From the human T2T-CHM13v2.0 reference genome, Homo sapiens, in the NCBI RefSeq assembly GCF_009914755.1, contig NC_060927.1: a DNA stretch of 64,000 bases. One strand, given 5' to 3'. How positions within the stretch are numbered: position 1 is the stretch's first letter; each line of letters starts with the position of its first letter. Made by a program: the position numbers and the translations under genes. A model generated the notes under the pieces. That model had not been told where the DNA came from. It saw only the letters and a program-made list of their open reading frames with translations, and did not search any database. Below, piece after piece: positions 52,979-64,000 of the stretch.

Positions 52979-54514
52979 ATTTCCAGAAGAAAAAGCAGAT
53001 TACCTGTAAAGAATCAAGAAAAGAAGTCATGAGACTTTTCAGCAGTATTTGAATGAATGTGATTTTTTCAACATAGAATTCTATACCCTGCCAAAGTATT
53101 CATCAAGAGTGAAGATAGAATAAATATATTTACATACATGCAAAATATCAAAATTTTATGTTTCATAGACTCTTTTTCTGATAGATATGCATTGCTGAAA
53201 AGAAGGAAAGCTAGGGGCAGAGTCTCAGAGCAAAGAGATGAACTGAAAGTTTTTACCCTGTGGGCAGTTGTATCGAGAAGTGGTTATCGAGAGTTGGAGA
53301 GTGTTGGAAAACACAGCCAAGGATCAAAGAAAATTAAGCAAATAAAAATGTAAGACAATACTTGAATCTAAGAAAAGCCAGAAATCATATGAGAAAATGA
53401 AGGTATACACCCTACATTATAATATCCCATAACACAATAATACCCTATCTTGTACAGCATGGAAGAGTATTTTCCTAGTTATAATAATAAAAACACTAAG
53501 TAGGCACTTAATTAAAAATTGTGGTACTTACAAAGGGAGGAAAAAGAGTGGATAATGGAGATGGCTGAGACTGCCAAAATTTTCATGTACTGTAAGGTAA
53601 ACTCAATGTGTAAATGCAGCAAAAATAGGAATATTTATAGATATGTGGAGTAAGTATTAGGAAAAGAAACTAGAAACTTTAAAGTTGTTGCCTCTTCTAA
53701 GGATGGAGAAGGAACGTGGAAGAAGGTGGGAAATAACTGCTATTTTTGGTCATAAGTCATTTAGCACTATTTGACTATTTAAGGTAATATATTGATAAAA
53801 ATTAAACGTTGATAAACATTTTTTTACTCTTTTTAATACTAACTTGTCAAAATTACAAAAGAAATGTAGACACATTGAAGAAGATTTTAAAACTACATAA
53901 AACTTTAGAAAAGAACATTTAAAACTATCCATCCAGTGTCATTATTCCTATGTGTATTATTTTATGCAATGGAAACCACTTTGTGAATACAATTTATATA
54001 TTTTTAGCTTGACATTTTATAGTTAGAGGTTTTCATATCTTTAAAAATTATTCATAAACATTTTTACTAGCTGCATAATAGTCCATCTGATGACATGACG
54101 TAATTTAACTATTGCCATATTTCTTTTTTTAAGATTTTCCAGTTATAAATAATGCTATTAAATATATTTGTTCAATGATCTTCCCCAGTGTTGTATTATC
54201 TTTACCTAGGAAGACTTTCTGAAAGCAAAATTACTAAACCAAGTGGTAAAAACATTTTTGAGGCATTTGGCACATGATATTAAATTGCTCTGCAGAAAGA
54301 TTCTTCCAATCCATATCCGCACCAGCAATATATGAAAACACTTCATTTCAATGCCACTCTTCTGGCATTGGATTTTCTCATTTAACAAAAAATTTTAAAC
54401 TAAATCTAAAGTAAAATGGAGTCGTTTTTCCCAAAACACTATATTTTTTCAGATTTTTCAAAATTAGTGACAAAAAAATGAGTATCTAAGAGAAAGCCCC
54501 ATAGAAACCCCACC

Positions 54515-54714
54515 TTGGCTTCCACACACAGATAACCACGCAGGTACGAACACTGCGGGAAAGGACCTTCATTTTACTGGCTCCAAAACTTGTCAATATC
54601 GGGGGCCTTGCCAACACCACAGGAGCACTCACTTCTATAAAACTAGGGGCTAGTAAGATGCAGGTCCTTTTCCCCAGCGTTCATACCTGCATGGTTATCT
54701 GTGTGTGGAACCAA
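54515..54714. repeat. ~70-bp imperfect inverted repeat around a 61-bp spacer
   Basis: 54520-54584 versus reverse complement of 54646-54710: 56/65 identical, no gaps. Confidence 0.92.
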
Positions 54715-54999
54715 TACCTGGTGCAATCATTCAGAGAAAGAAAACAGAAACAAGATCTAAATCATGCTATTTCAGCATTGACCTCAATATAAGAAATATT
54801 TATTCTGTAAAGACACTCTTGAGTCATGAAATTAATTGATAAATTAATTTGTAGAGATTTCCAGTCTCTCATTATTTAAAAGGAAGGAACACGTTAACCA
54901 AGATACTCTGTTAATCTGCCTGTAACTGTCCACTTGGACTAATGGGGGCCTTGCCAACAGCACAGAAGCACCCACTTCTATAAAACTAGGAGCTGATAA

Positions 55000-55200
55000 A
55001 ATAACAGTGGCTAACATTTACTGAAGTTTTCCAAGACTCCAGACACTTTACTCAGCAATATCTCATTTAACCCATACAGTAACCCTATTAGCTTAGCATA
55101 GGAAGCTGTGATAAATTCAATTTCCTTAGGTGAGGAAATTGAGCTAGTTTGCCGAAGGCCAAGGAGGCTGTATGACTTAAGAACCAGAGCCCTTGTCACT
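55000..55200 (-). mobile_element. MIR SINE
   Basis: gctaacatttactga...atctcatttaacccatacagtaaccctat...tgaggaaattgag. Confidence 0.75.
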
Positions 55201-55399
55201 GCTCCTTCAGTCTCCTAGGTCTTTACCTGACAGCCAGTCAGAAAGTAAGCTAAAAAGCCTCTGTGCTTCTGAGCTACACACTGAGAGGGTTCAAGCACAC
55301 CCTTATTAGTTTCAAGGTGGATATGCAAGTTAGAAGCTGTCTTTTATTTTAAAAGTCTGCAGGGTAATAAGACAGCCACAGTAAAGGGAGGGTGAATAG

Positions 55400-55650
55400 G
55401 GGCATTTGGTCTGGGAACAGAAGACCTAGGGGAGACTGAGAGATGGCAAGGAAGGATTTGTTCTACGCTGCCTATGAAGACAGAATCTGGTCTAATAGAT
55501 GAAGTTTCAGGCAAGACATTTCAGTTCAATATATTTGAACTGGTTTCTAATTACATTTTAAACTTTAAAGAACTATATAATTAGAAGTTTTTGTTATTAA
55601 CAAGAACTTCTTAACAATGAGGCAGCCTCTCTCCTAAGGTAATGAATAAA
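55400..55650 (+). mobile_element. L3/CR1 3' fragment
   Basis: agaagacctaggggagac, ggatttgttct, agacatttcagttcaatata, aagaacttcttaacaatgag. Confidence 0.6.
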
Positions 55651-56204
55651 AATTAATTTCTGATAATTCTTTTGAGAAAGATCTACCTTCACACACTTGG
55701 TCTGTATGTGTCTGGAAGGGAATGCCAGTCATGGAAAGTAACCCATATTAATTAATCCCTGTCACTGCCCAGCCTCCACCAATTGGTGCCGAACCACTAT
55801 ACCCAATAACTACTTCCCCCCACATCCTCCTGACCATGATTCTCATCCAAATGGGCATCAGTCATAGCGAGCTGACACCAGGAGAGATTGTGCCCCACTC
55901 CCATACACCCTAGATACATCTTAGGATTTAGATTTTTTTCCTTTTATTATAAACCATTTTATACATACAGGAAAAATATAACAAACCTTCTTATGACCTA
56001 CTAACAAGTTATATCAATTCTTATTTTGAAATATTTTAAAAGAAATAAAACATTACTGATACAGTTAAAGCCGTCTGTGAATCTCTTCTTAATCTCCTCC
56101 CTCCCTCCCTGAAATTAAACAGCATCTTGAATTTGGTAGTCATCATCCCTTGCATGTGTGACAACATATACGTTTTCATTTATATTCATAGAGATGAATA
56201 TATC

Positions 56205-56733
56205 TGTATGTTTCCTAAGGCTGCCATAACAAAGAACCACAAATTTGGTGGTTCAAAACAACAGAAATTTATTCTCTTGCAGTTCTAGAGGCTACAAGTC
56301 AACAAATTGCTTATCCATTCTCTGCTATTTCATTAGTACAAAAAGTACTGCAAAAAATTTTGTGCATTTTGCTTGTGCACCTGTGTGAAAGTTTGAAGTC
56401 AGGGTATTGGCAGAACCATGCTCCCTCTGAAGGATCTAGGGGAGGATCTTTTCTTACCCCTTCCAGTTTCGGGTAGCCTCCAGTGTTTCTTGGCTTGTAG
56501 CAGCATGACACCAATTTCTGCCTCTATTATCAAATGGCATTCTCCCTGTGTTTTTCTGTCTTCTCTTTGTATAAGAACACCAGGCATATTGGGTTAGGAC
56601 CCACCCTAATGACCTCATCTTAACTTAACTAATTATATCTGAAACAATCCTACTTCTAAATAAGGTCACATTCTGAGGACAGAAGTCAGGATTTCAACAA
56701 ATCTTTTGGGAAGACACAATTCAACCCACAGCA
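56205..56733 (-). mobile_element. MLT1C-like solo LTR carrying a foreign insertion (56301-56395)
   Basis: tgtatgtttcctaaggctgccataacaaag...caattcaacccacagca; perfect 5-bp TSD atatc. Confidence 0.88.
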
Positions 56734-57128
56734 ATATCTGTGAACAATTCCTAGAATTGATTGGATGTTTTAAAATTTGTATAAATGGTATCATTCTGCA
56801 ACTGGCTTCTTTTTTCATTTATGAATTTGAGAGAAATCTATATCGTTACTTGTAACTGTTGTTTGTTCATTTAAATAAAAGTATGGTATTCCATTTTGTA
56901 ATCTTACCACAATTACTTATCCATTCTTCTTTTATGGGCATTTGTTGCTTTTGTTATTTGTTAGTGCAAAAAGTACTGCAAGAAACTTTGTACATTTTGC
57001 TCATGCACTGTGTGAAAATTTGTCTAGGGTGTAACACAGGAATGTGGTAATGGATTTGCAGGGCTTGTGCATCTTCAGTCTTTAGAAGATACTGCCAATT
57101 GCTCTTTAAAAGTAGTAGTAACAAATTA

Positions 57129-57453
57129 GGGACGTGGATGAAACTGGAAGCCATCATTTTCAGCAAACTAACACAGGAACTGAAAACCAAACACCACATG
57201 TTCTCACTCATAAGTGGGAGTTGAACAATGAGAACATATGGACACAGGGAAGGGAACATCAGACACCGGGGCCTGTCAGGGGCTGGGGGCAAGGCAAGGG
57301 AGAGCATTAGGACAAATGCCTACTGCATGCGGGGCTTAAAACCTAGATGATGGGCTGATAGGTGCAGCAAACCACCATGGCACATGTATACCTATGTAAC
57401 AAACCTGCACGTTCTGCATATGTATCCCAGAACTTAAAGTAAAATGTTTAAAA
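57129..57453 (+). mobile_element. L1PA (L1PA8-10-like) 3' fragment
   Basis: gggacgtggatgaaactggaa...cccagaacttaaagt; perfect 15-bp TSD agtagtaacaaatta. Confidence 0.92.
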
Positions 57454-58456
57454 AGTAGTAACAAATTAAAGAATCATCAGCTCTGTTCTAGAGTTCACAC
57501 TGCTCTATTGCTAGTACTTAATATGAGTAGATTCTTTCATTTTTTACCTATACAGTTAGTGCTTTAAATTGCATTTTTCTAATTACTAGTGGGTTGAATA
57601 ATGATGCATATTTAGTAGCCATTAAGCTTTCCTCTTCTCTGAGTTGCCTGTTACATTCTTACGTCAGTTTGTTTTTCCTTGCTGATTTGTTGGGATGTTT
57701 AATAGCCTTTGATCCTGACTAGTTACAAGTTTTTTAACTGTCCCTTAACGTGTGTTGTCTTTGCACTTTGTTTATAATCTTTGCTTTTGCTTTTAAAAAA
57801 CTTTTATATAATCAAATTTATGAATCTTCCTCTTCATGATTTGTGTATTTAATATATGGTTTTGTAAGTACAATTTTCTCCTATATTTCCTTTGTTTAAC
57901 TTTTAATTTTGAAATAATTCAAACAGAAAAGTTACAAGTCCTGGGTACTCTTTATCCAGATTCATCAATTAGCAATATGTGGTCACATTTGCTTCATTAT
58001 TCTCTCTCTTTGTATATGTATATAATTATTATATTATTTATTAATAAATCATATGTTATATATTATATAATATCATATATAATAAAAATTGAAATATAAT
58101 TATATACATAAGTATAATTTAAATTACATAATTATATTAATCCCTATATATTATTTTTATTTTTATACATTATTGTTAAAATGTTTTTCTAAATCGTTTG
58201 GAAGAAAGTCACAGACATCATGCCTCTTTAGTATTTCAGTATGAGTATTCTAAGAACTAAGACATTCACTCACATAACCATCGTATAATTATTAAAATCA
58301 GGAATGTTAACACTGATGTAGAACAATTATCTATGGATCATATTCAAGTTTTTCTAATGTCATTTTTTTAAGTATTCTTGATACAGGATTCAGTTCAGGA
58401 TAATACATTACATTTAACTTTATGTCTGTTTAGTTTCCAATCTTTGGCCTATTTCA

Positions 58457-58851
58457 TGAAGCCAGGGACTTTCCCTGAGCTCCACAGGTACATGTGCAGA
58501 GAGACTTAAACTCCAACCTATACTTACCCCTTCCTCATTTTAATGCTAAAAATCATGCCCGGGATGGAGATTTAAAATGGTAATGCTACATCCAATGTAC
58601 GAAGAAACACGTTGAGCCACTGTGCAAGTGCTAGAAAAAACCCTCCTATACACGCCCTGGCATAACCCTTCCCTATATAAAGACCTTAGAAAACTAACCC
58701 ACACTCTACCCTCTGGGAGCAGCCCATTTCTTTTTCTCAGTGCTGGATATTTTGTGCATAACCTGAAATAAACTTTCCTTTGCTGCTGTGTTTGGTGATC
58801 TCTCTTGACTTTTATATTGGGAAATTACAAGAACCCAGGGAAAGAATCACA
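58457..58851 (+). mobile_element. ERV1-class solo LTR-like element (family uncertain)
   Basis: TG start, TATATAA 58674, AATAAA 58767, attttaatgctaaaaatca...ggagatttaaaatg block typical of ERV1 LTRs; right end approximate. Confidence 0.6.
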
Positions 58852-58949
58852 CTTTGAATTTCTTTGGAATTTTTTCAGGTGTTAATCTAATTTTTTCTTT
58901 TAATTTAAAGTAGCGTCAAAATTTCTATCAGGATACAAACATATTGCAT

Positions 58950-59700
58950 TATGCTCTTTAACCCCACATTCTGTTCCATCTCAGCTTCATTTCTCAGTTC
59001 TTTTTACAGTAAATTCTTCAAAAAGTTGTCTATATTGCTTGTCTCCATTAGTTCTTTTCAGAGATTCTCTTGAATCCATTCCAATCAGGCTTTTATTTTA
59101 ACACTCCATTTAAATTTCCTTTGTCAATATTACCATTAATCTCTACCTGGCCAAATAAATTTGGAGGCCTCAACTTAACATCTCAGCAGCATTTGACACT
59201 TGTATCACTCGGTTTCTGAGACACCATATTCTCTTGGTTTCCCTCCTTTATCACTGACTCCTTCTTCTTATTCTCCTTGGCTGAGTCCCTTCCCTTTTGC
59301 ATTACATTATGGGAAGCTGCAGAGGTAGTCCTCATCACTCTCTACTTTCACACCATCCATAGATAGGTTCAGCCCATCTCCTGGCTTTAACAACCAGCTC
59401 TGTGCTGATGACTCCCAGATGTATATCTCCAGCCTTCATCCTTGACTTTAGACTTGTATATCCACCATCCTACTTGACATCATTGCTAATATGCTTAATA
59501 GGAACTTACACATAAAGTGGAGAAAACAATCCCTTAACGTCTTAACATTACCTCCCAGCAAGCTTTCTGATTTCAGGAAATGATATTATTATTCCTCAAA
59601 CTTTAGCATTCTTCTTGACTCCACTCTTTTTTGTTCACACTCCACATAGCACGTGTTAGGAAATTCTGTTTACTCTACTTCAAAACTTATCTGTAGTATG
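58950..59700 (+). mobile_element. L2 LINE fragment
   Basis: ctctcagcagcatttgacac-like text, tgctgatgactcccagatgtatatctccagcc, ttcttgactcc. Confidence 0.75.
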
Positions 59701-60131
59701 AATAAATAAGGAAAGGTAATGCCCCTAGATGTGCCATGTTTAATTTTAGGTCTCATGGATTCATAATGTACATACTCCTGTTTCAAAAGCATGGCTTTAA
59801 GATAATCTTGCACAAGGAGCAATTAAAGTATAGAAATTGCAGAATAATTAAGACATATATGTACTTATGTTTTTGAGTATCAAATAACAGCATAACAAAA
59901 GTATACCATCACATGGCTACCATTTAAAAAAGAAAAAAACACCTCTTGGTTCTGCTTTCCATATTTTCCAATTTTGCTATTGTAAGTATGAGCATCATGA
60001 TACCTGCCACAACTCAGGTGAGTATTGTCTAGAAGAAAACATTTAAAAATCAATTTGTCTTTTTCTAATTTCTCTTTACATAAGGTGAGCATAGTGCCTT
60101 TATTAGTAGGCCATTCTTCTCATAAGGGTGG

Positions 60132-60534
60132 TGCTATGGTTTGAATGTTTGTGTCCCTTTCAAACTTTACATTGAAACCTAATCCCAAATGCAATCATTT
60201 TAAGAGGTAAGGTGTTTAGGAGATGATTGGTCATGATAATCCCTTATGAATGGGATTAAGGCCCTAAGGGCCCAAACAAGCTTTACACAGTGTTCAGTCC
60301 TTTTGCCCTTCTGCCATTCCACCATGTGACGATGCAGTGTTCATCCTTTCCAGAAGAGGCAGCAGCAAAGTGTTATCTTAGAAGTAGCGAGACCAGGCCT
60401 TCACCAGACACTGAACCCACCGATGTCTTCATCTTGGGCTCCTCAGTCTCCAGAATTGCAAAGAAATAAATTTGTTCTTTACAAATCACCCAGCCTGTAG
60501 TATTTTGTCATAGCAGCATGAAGGGGTAAAAACA
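60132..60534 (+). mobile_element. MLT1A/MST-type solo LTR
   Basis: tgctatggtttgaatgtttgtgtccc...gtattttgtcatagcagca; TSD ggtgg/ggtag. Confidence 0.85.
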
Positions 60535-60946
60535 GGTAGCAAACTGAGTTAAAAGAAGAGCATGCTTTTCTTCTCAACTGTGCATTTCTTATAGAAATCC
60601 TAAATAGCATCAAAGATCCTTAACTTAATAGGACAGATAAGCATAATTTTCAATTAGTATAATATCCCATAAACGATAGAAGTAGATGATATATAATTTA
60701 GAGTAAGATTTGAGGAAATTAAATATCTAATGTCAATCAGCACTCTGACTCCCCAATCCTCCTTTTCTCCTTTCTTCTCTTGGCAAAGGGAAGCAAATCT
60801 TTGGCTCTTTCCTTTGCCTGCTTCTCCAGCAACTATGTTATTTTTTACTTTGAAAGCTGAAGTTTTTGGAGGTTTCTTTCCAGTGGTAGCTATCTGCAGA
60901 CTTGATCTCTCACTTGTCAGCCATAGGAGTAATTGCCAAAACACTA

Positions 60947-61315
60947 CATCTTAGTCCATATGTGCTGCTGTAACAAAATACTACGCAGACTGGGTCATTT
61001 ATAAATAATAGAAATTTATTTCCAACAGTTCTGGAGGCTGGGAAGTCGAAGATGAAGAACCAGCAGGTTCAGTGTCTGAAAGGCTTTTTCTCACAGATGG
61101 CACTGTCTAGGGGTCCTCACATGACAGAGGGGGTAAAAGGGATGACAGGCAGCTCTCTGAAGCCTCTTTTATAAGGGGATGAATCCCATCCATGAGGAAA
61201 GAGCCCTCATGATCTAACAACCTCCAAAGGGTCCCACCTCTGAATACTATCACCTTGGGGGTTAAGTTCCAACATACAAATTTTGGAGGGATGCATATAC
61301 ATTCAAACCATAGCA
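60947..61315 (-). mobile_element. MLT1A/MSTD-type solo LTR
   Basis: cttagtcc...cagttctggaggctgggaagtc...acattcaaaccatagca. Confidence 0.85.
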
Positions 61316-61830
61316 GGCTGATTGTTTTCTTCTTTTCAGAATTCATTTTTGGCTTTTCACACAACCTATAGATTTCAAAAGGCTAAAAAGTAATACATAT
61401 TTGCCTCATGAAACCTCAAGATTCGCTTTCAAATGAGATTCAGCTCCAAACATGAATGTGAGAAGAGGACAGGTGTACCAACAACAGTTCCTTCTAGTAC
61501 CTTATGCTTTTGCTCCATGTAGGTAAGCAACCCGCACAGGGAGCAAAAAGGGCCCCCAACTCACCTAAGCGAGTCACAGCATGATTCCTGAAGAAAAGGC
61601 CCAAGCCAAACTCTGAAGTAATCCGAGACAGAAAACTGGGCCTGGGTCTCGGCAGGGCTCAGGCAGACAGGTTTCAGGCGGAGTGGAAGAAGTGGATAAA
61701 ATCATGGAAAAGGGCAGTCTGTGCAGAGAAAAAGCATGGATCATGCAGTTAAATTCAAATACAGTGCAACAGTGCTGAGGCATGGGAGTACAGCAATTGA
61801 ACCCAAGAGCCTCGTTCACCATGTTAGGAG

Positions 61831-62282
61831 TGTATTAGTTGCTAATACAAAGTACCCATTGCTGTAACAAACTACCACTAAGGTGGCTTAAAAAAACAAA
61901 TGTGTTCTCTCACAGTCTGGTGGCCAGAGTCTGGAATCAGGATGTTCACAGGGTTAATTCCTCCTGGGGCATCTGAGGGAAGCCAGTTCAGGCCTCTCCT
62001 AGCAACTAGTGGCTGCCAGCAATCCTTGGCACTCCTTGGCTTGTGGACACACAACTCCAGTCTCTGCCTCCGTCTTCACACTGCCTCCTCTGTATGTCTT
62101 CTCCCCTTCTATTCTCTCATAAGGTCACTTGTCATGACATTTAGGACCTATCCTAATTCAGAACAATCTCATTCAAAGATCCTTAACTTAATTAAGACCC
62201 ATTTTCCAAGTAAGGTCACATTGATAATTTCCAGGTGAACATACCTTTGGTAGGGGATTGGGTCATCATTCACCCCACCACA
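61831..62282 (-). mobile_element. MLT1(B/C/D)-type solo LTR
   Basis: tgtattagtt...gctgtaacaaactaccac...cttggcactccttggcttgt...ttccaagtaaggtcacatt. Confidence 0.8.
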
Positions 62283-62289
62283 GAGACCT

Positions 62290-62790
62290 CAGGCATTGAC
62301 CCACAGGCAATGGGGAGCTTCTCAGACTTTAAACAAGAAGAGATAATGTCAGATTTCTATCATAATGTCTCAGCAAGGGCTATGATAGTAAGAATGGAAA
62401 GAAAGAATTGGATTGAGAAATATTTAGGATTTATGCTCAGTAGGACTTCACTGCTTAGATGTGGGGGTTAAAGAAAAGGATGGCATATGATGCTTCTCAC
62501 ATTTCTAGCTTGGACAAGTTTGATGATCATGAAAAGACAACCAGAAGAGAGAAGTGCTTGGGAAGACATGATTCTTCATGTTGATTTTGATGGTCTTTTG
62601 AGTACCCTAGTGGAAAGATCCAATAGGATGAGCTAGAGATAATAATTTGGAGGTCATCCCTGAATAAGTGAAGATAAAACCTTATGAGTTTTCAATAGTA
62701 ATCGCTGAGGATTTAAAGTACAAAATTTAGCCCAAGAAAGAGCTGGAAAATGTAAGCAAAGTTCCCAAAGAGACAGAGTTCAAGTAAGAG
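62290..62790 (-). mobile_element. L2 LINE fragment
   Basis: Purine-rich antisense L2 text (ggcaatggggagc, ttagatgtggggg, tttctagcttgg). Confidence 0.6.
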
Positions 62791-63274
62791 AGGCCTGGAA
62801 TACCTGTCAGGAAACCAGACCAGATCACAGACCTATGAATGGACCGGAATAGTGGGCATTAGAGAATGGCCACAGCCCTGTTAGTTTGGAGTGGCTAGGC
62901 TGCTCCCAACACACCAGACATGGGGAGTATAGGCAGCACAACAGCATATATGCTCAATTTGCTCACAGAGCAAAGTGCAGGCCCGGACTGAGCCAATGCT
63001 AAGGGTTAGAAAGTCTCTATGCTTAGAGTTTCAGCATTATTGGCATAAAACTACACACTAAGATACGGCATTGCTCATCATGCTATCTATACCAACTGGT
63101 GGCTGGGGATGTGTCTCATGGTTACTAGCTTAGAAAATATTCTCTTTCATTTATAAAATACTTTATGAGCACTCATGATGTAGAAGTTACAGGGCTAGAC
63201 ATTGGAATAGAACAGTGATTAAAAGACACACAGTACCAGCACTTTCATTAGAAAAGATAGACATCAATTAAGTA

Positions 63275-64000
63275 CAGGCATACCTAAAGATTTTGTGGGT
63301 GGGTTCAGCTCTAGGCCATTACAATAAAGTGAATATCATAATAAAACAAGTCGCACCAAATTTTTGGTTTCCCAGTGCATATAAAAATTATGTTTATGCT
63401 ATATTGTAGTCTACTAAGTGTGCAATAGCATTATGTCCCAAAAAAAAAGTATATACCTTAATTTACAATACTTTATTGCTAAAAAATGCTAACAATCATC
63501 CAAGCCTTTGGCAAGCTATAATCTTTTTGACAGTGAAGGACCTTGACTCAAAGTTGATGGCTGCTGACTGCTCGGGGTGGTGGCTGCTGACAGTTAGGGT
63601 GGCTATGGTGATTTCTTAAAATAAGACAAGAATGAAGTTTGACTTTTCCTTTCACACAAAAGATTATCTGTAGCATGCAATGCTCTTTGATAGCATTTTA
63701 TCCAAAGTAGAACTGCTTTATAAATTGGAGTCAATCCTCTCAAACTCTCCTGCTGCTGTATCAACTAAGTTTATGTAATGTTCTAAGTCCTTTGTTGTCA
63801 GTTCAACAATTTTTACAGCATCTTCAACAGGAGTAGATTCTATCTCAAGAAACCACTTTCTTTGCTCACCCATTAGAAGCAACATCACATATGCTTAAGT
63901 TTGATCATGAGATTGCAGCAATTCAGTCACATCTTCAGGCCATACTTCTAATTTTACCTCTTGCTGTTTCCATCACATCTGCAGTTACTTCCTCCAGTAA
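63275..64000 (-). mobile_element. Tigger1 DNA transposon 3' end (runs out of window)
   Basis: TA + TIR caggcatacct; tttggtttcccagtgcatataaaa; gatggctgctgactg; ggagtagattctatctcaagaaaccactttctttgctca. Confidence 0.9.

Overview
Primate (human-like) non-coding genomic DNA, rich in repeats. I find no recognisable cellular protein-coding gene, RNA gene or CRISPR array; the ORFs in the track are retroelement-derived or chance. The main feature is a two-LTR, internally deleted HERV-H provirus (30290-35881, + strand) with LTR7-type LTRs, a tRNA-His PBS, gag/pro/pol remnants and an ESRG-like leader ORF. It is integrated into an ancient CR1/L3 LINE whose endonuclease motifs are still readable. Also present: a full-length THE1 MaLR element (19480-21747, -), six Alus, many L1/L2/MIR/L3 fragments, MST/MLT1/MER21 LTRs, an ERV1-like solo LTR with a perfect NF-kB site, MER44 and Tigger1. 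The most unusual structures are locally templated rearrangements: a 200-bp hairpin whose loop is copied from 340 bp downstream (54515-54994), and a ~94-bp piece of neighbouring L1 copied into an MLT1 LTR (56301-56395). I cannot support a claim of a new biological system, and I could not identify the locus. Repeat family names come from remembered consensus sequences and need RepeatMasker/Dfam confirmation.
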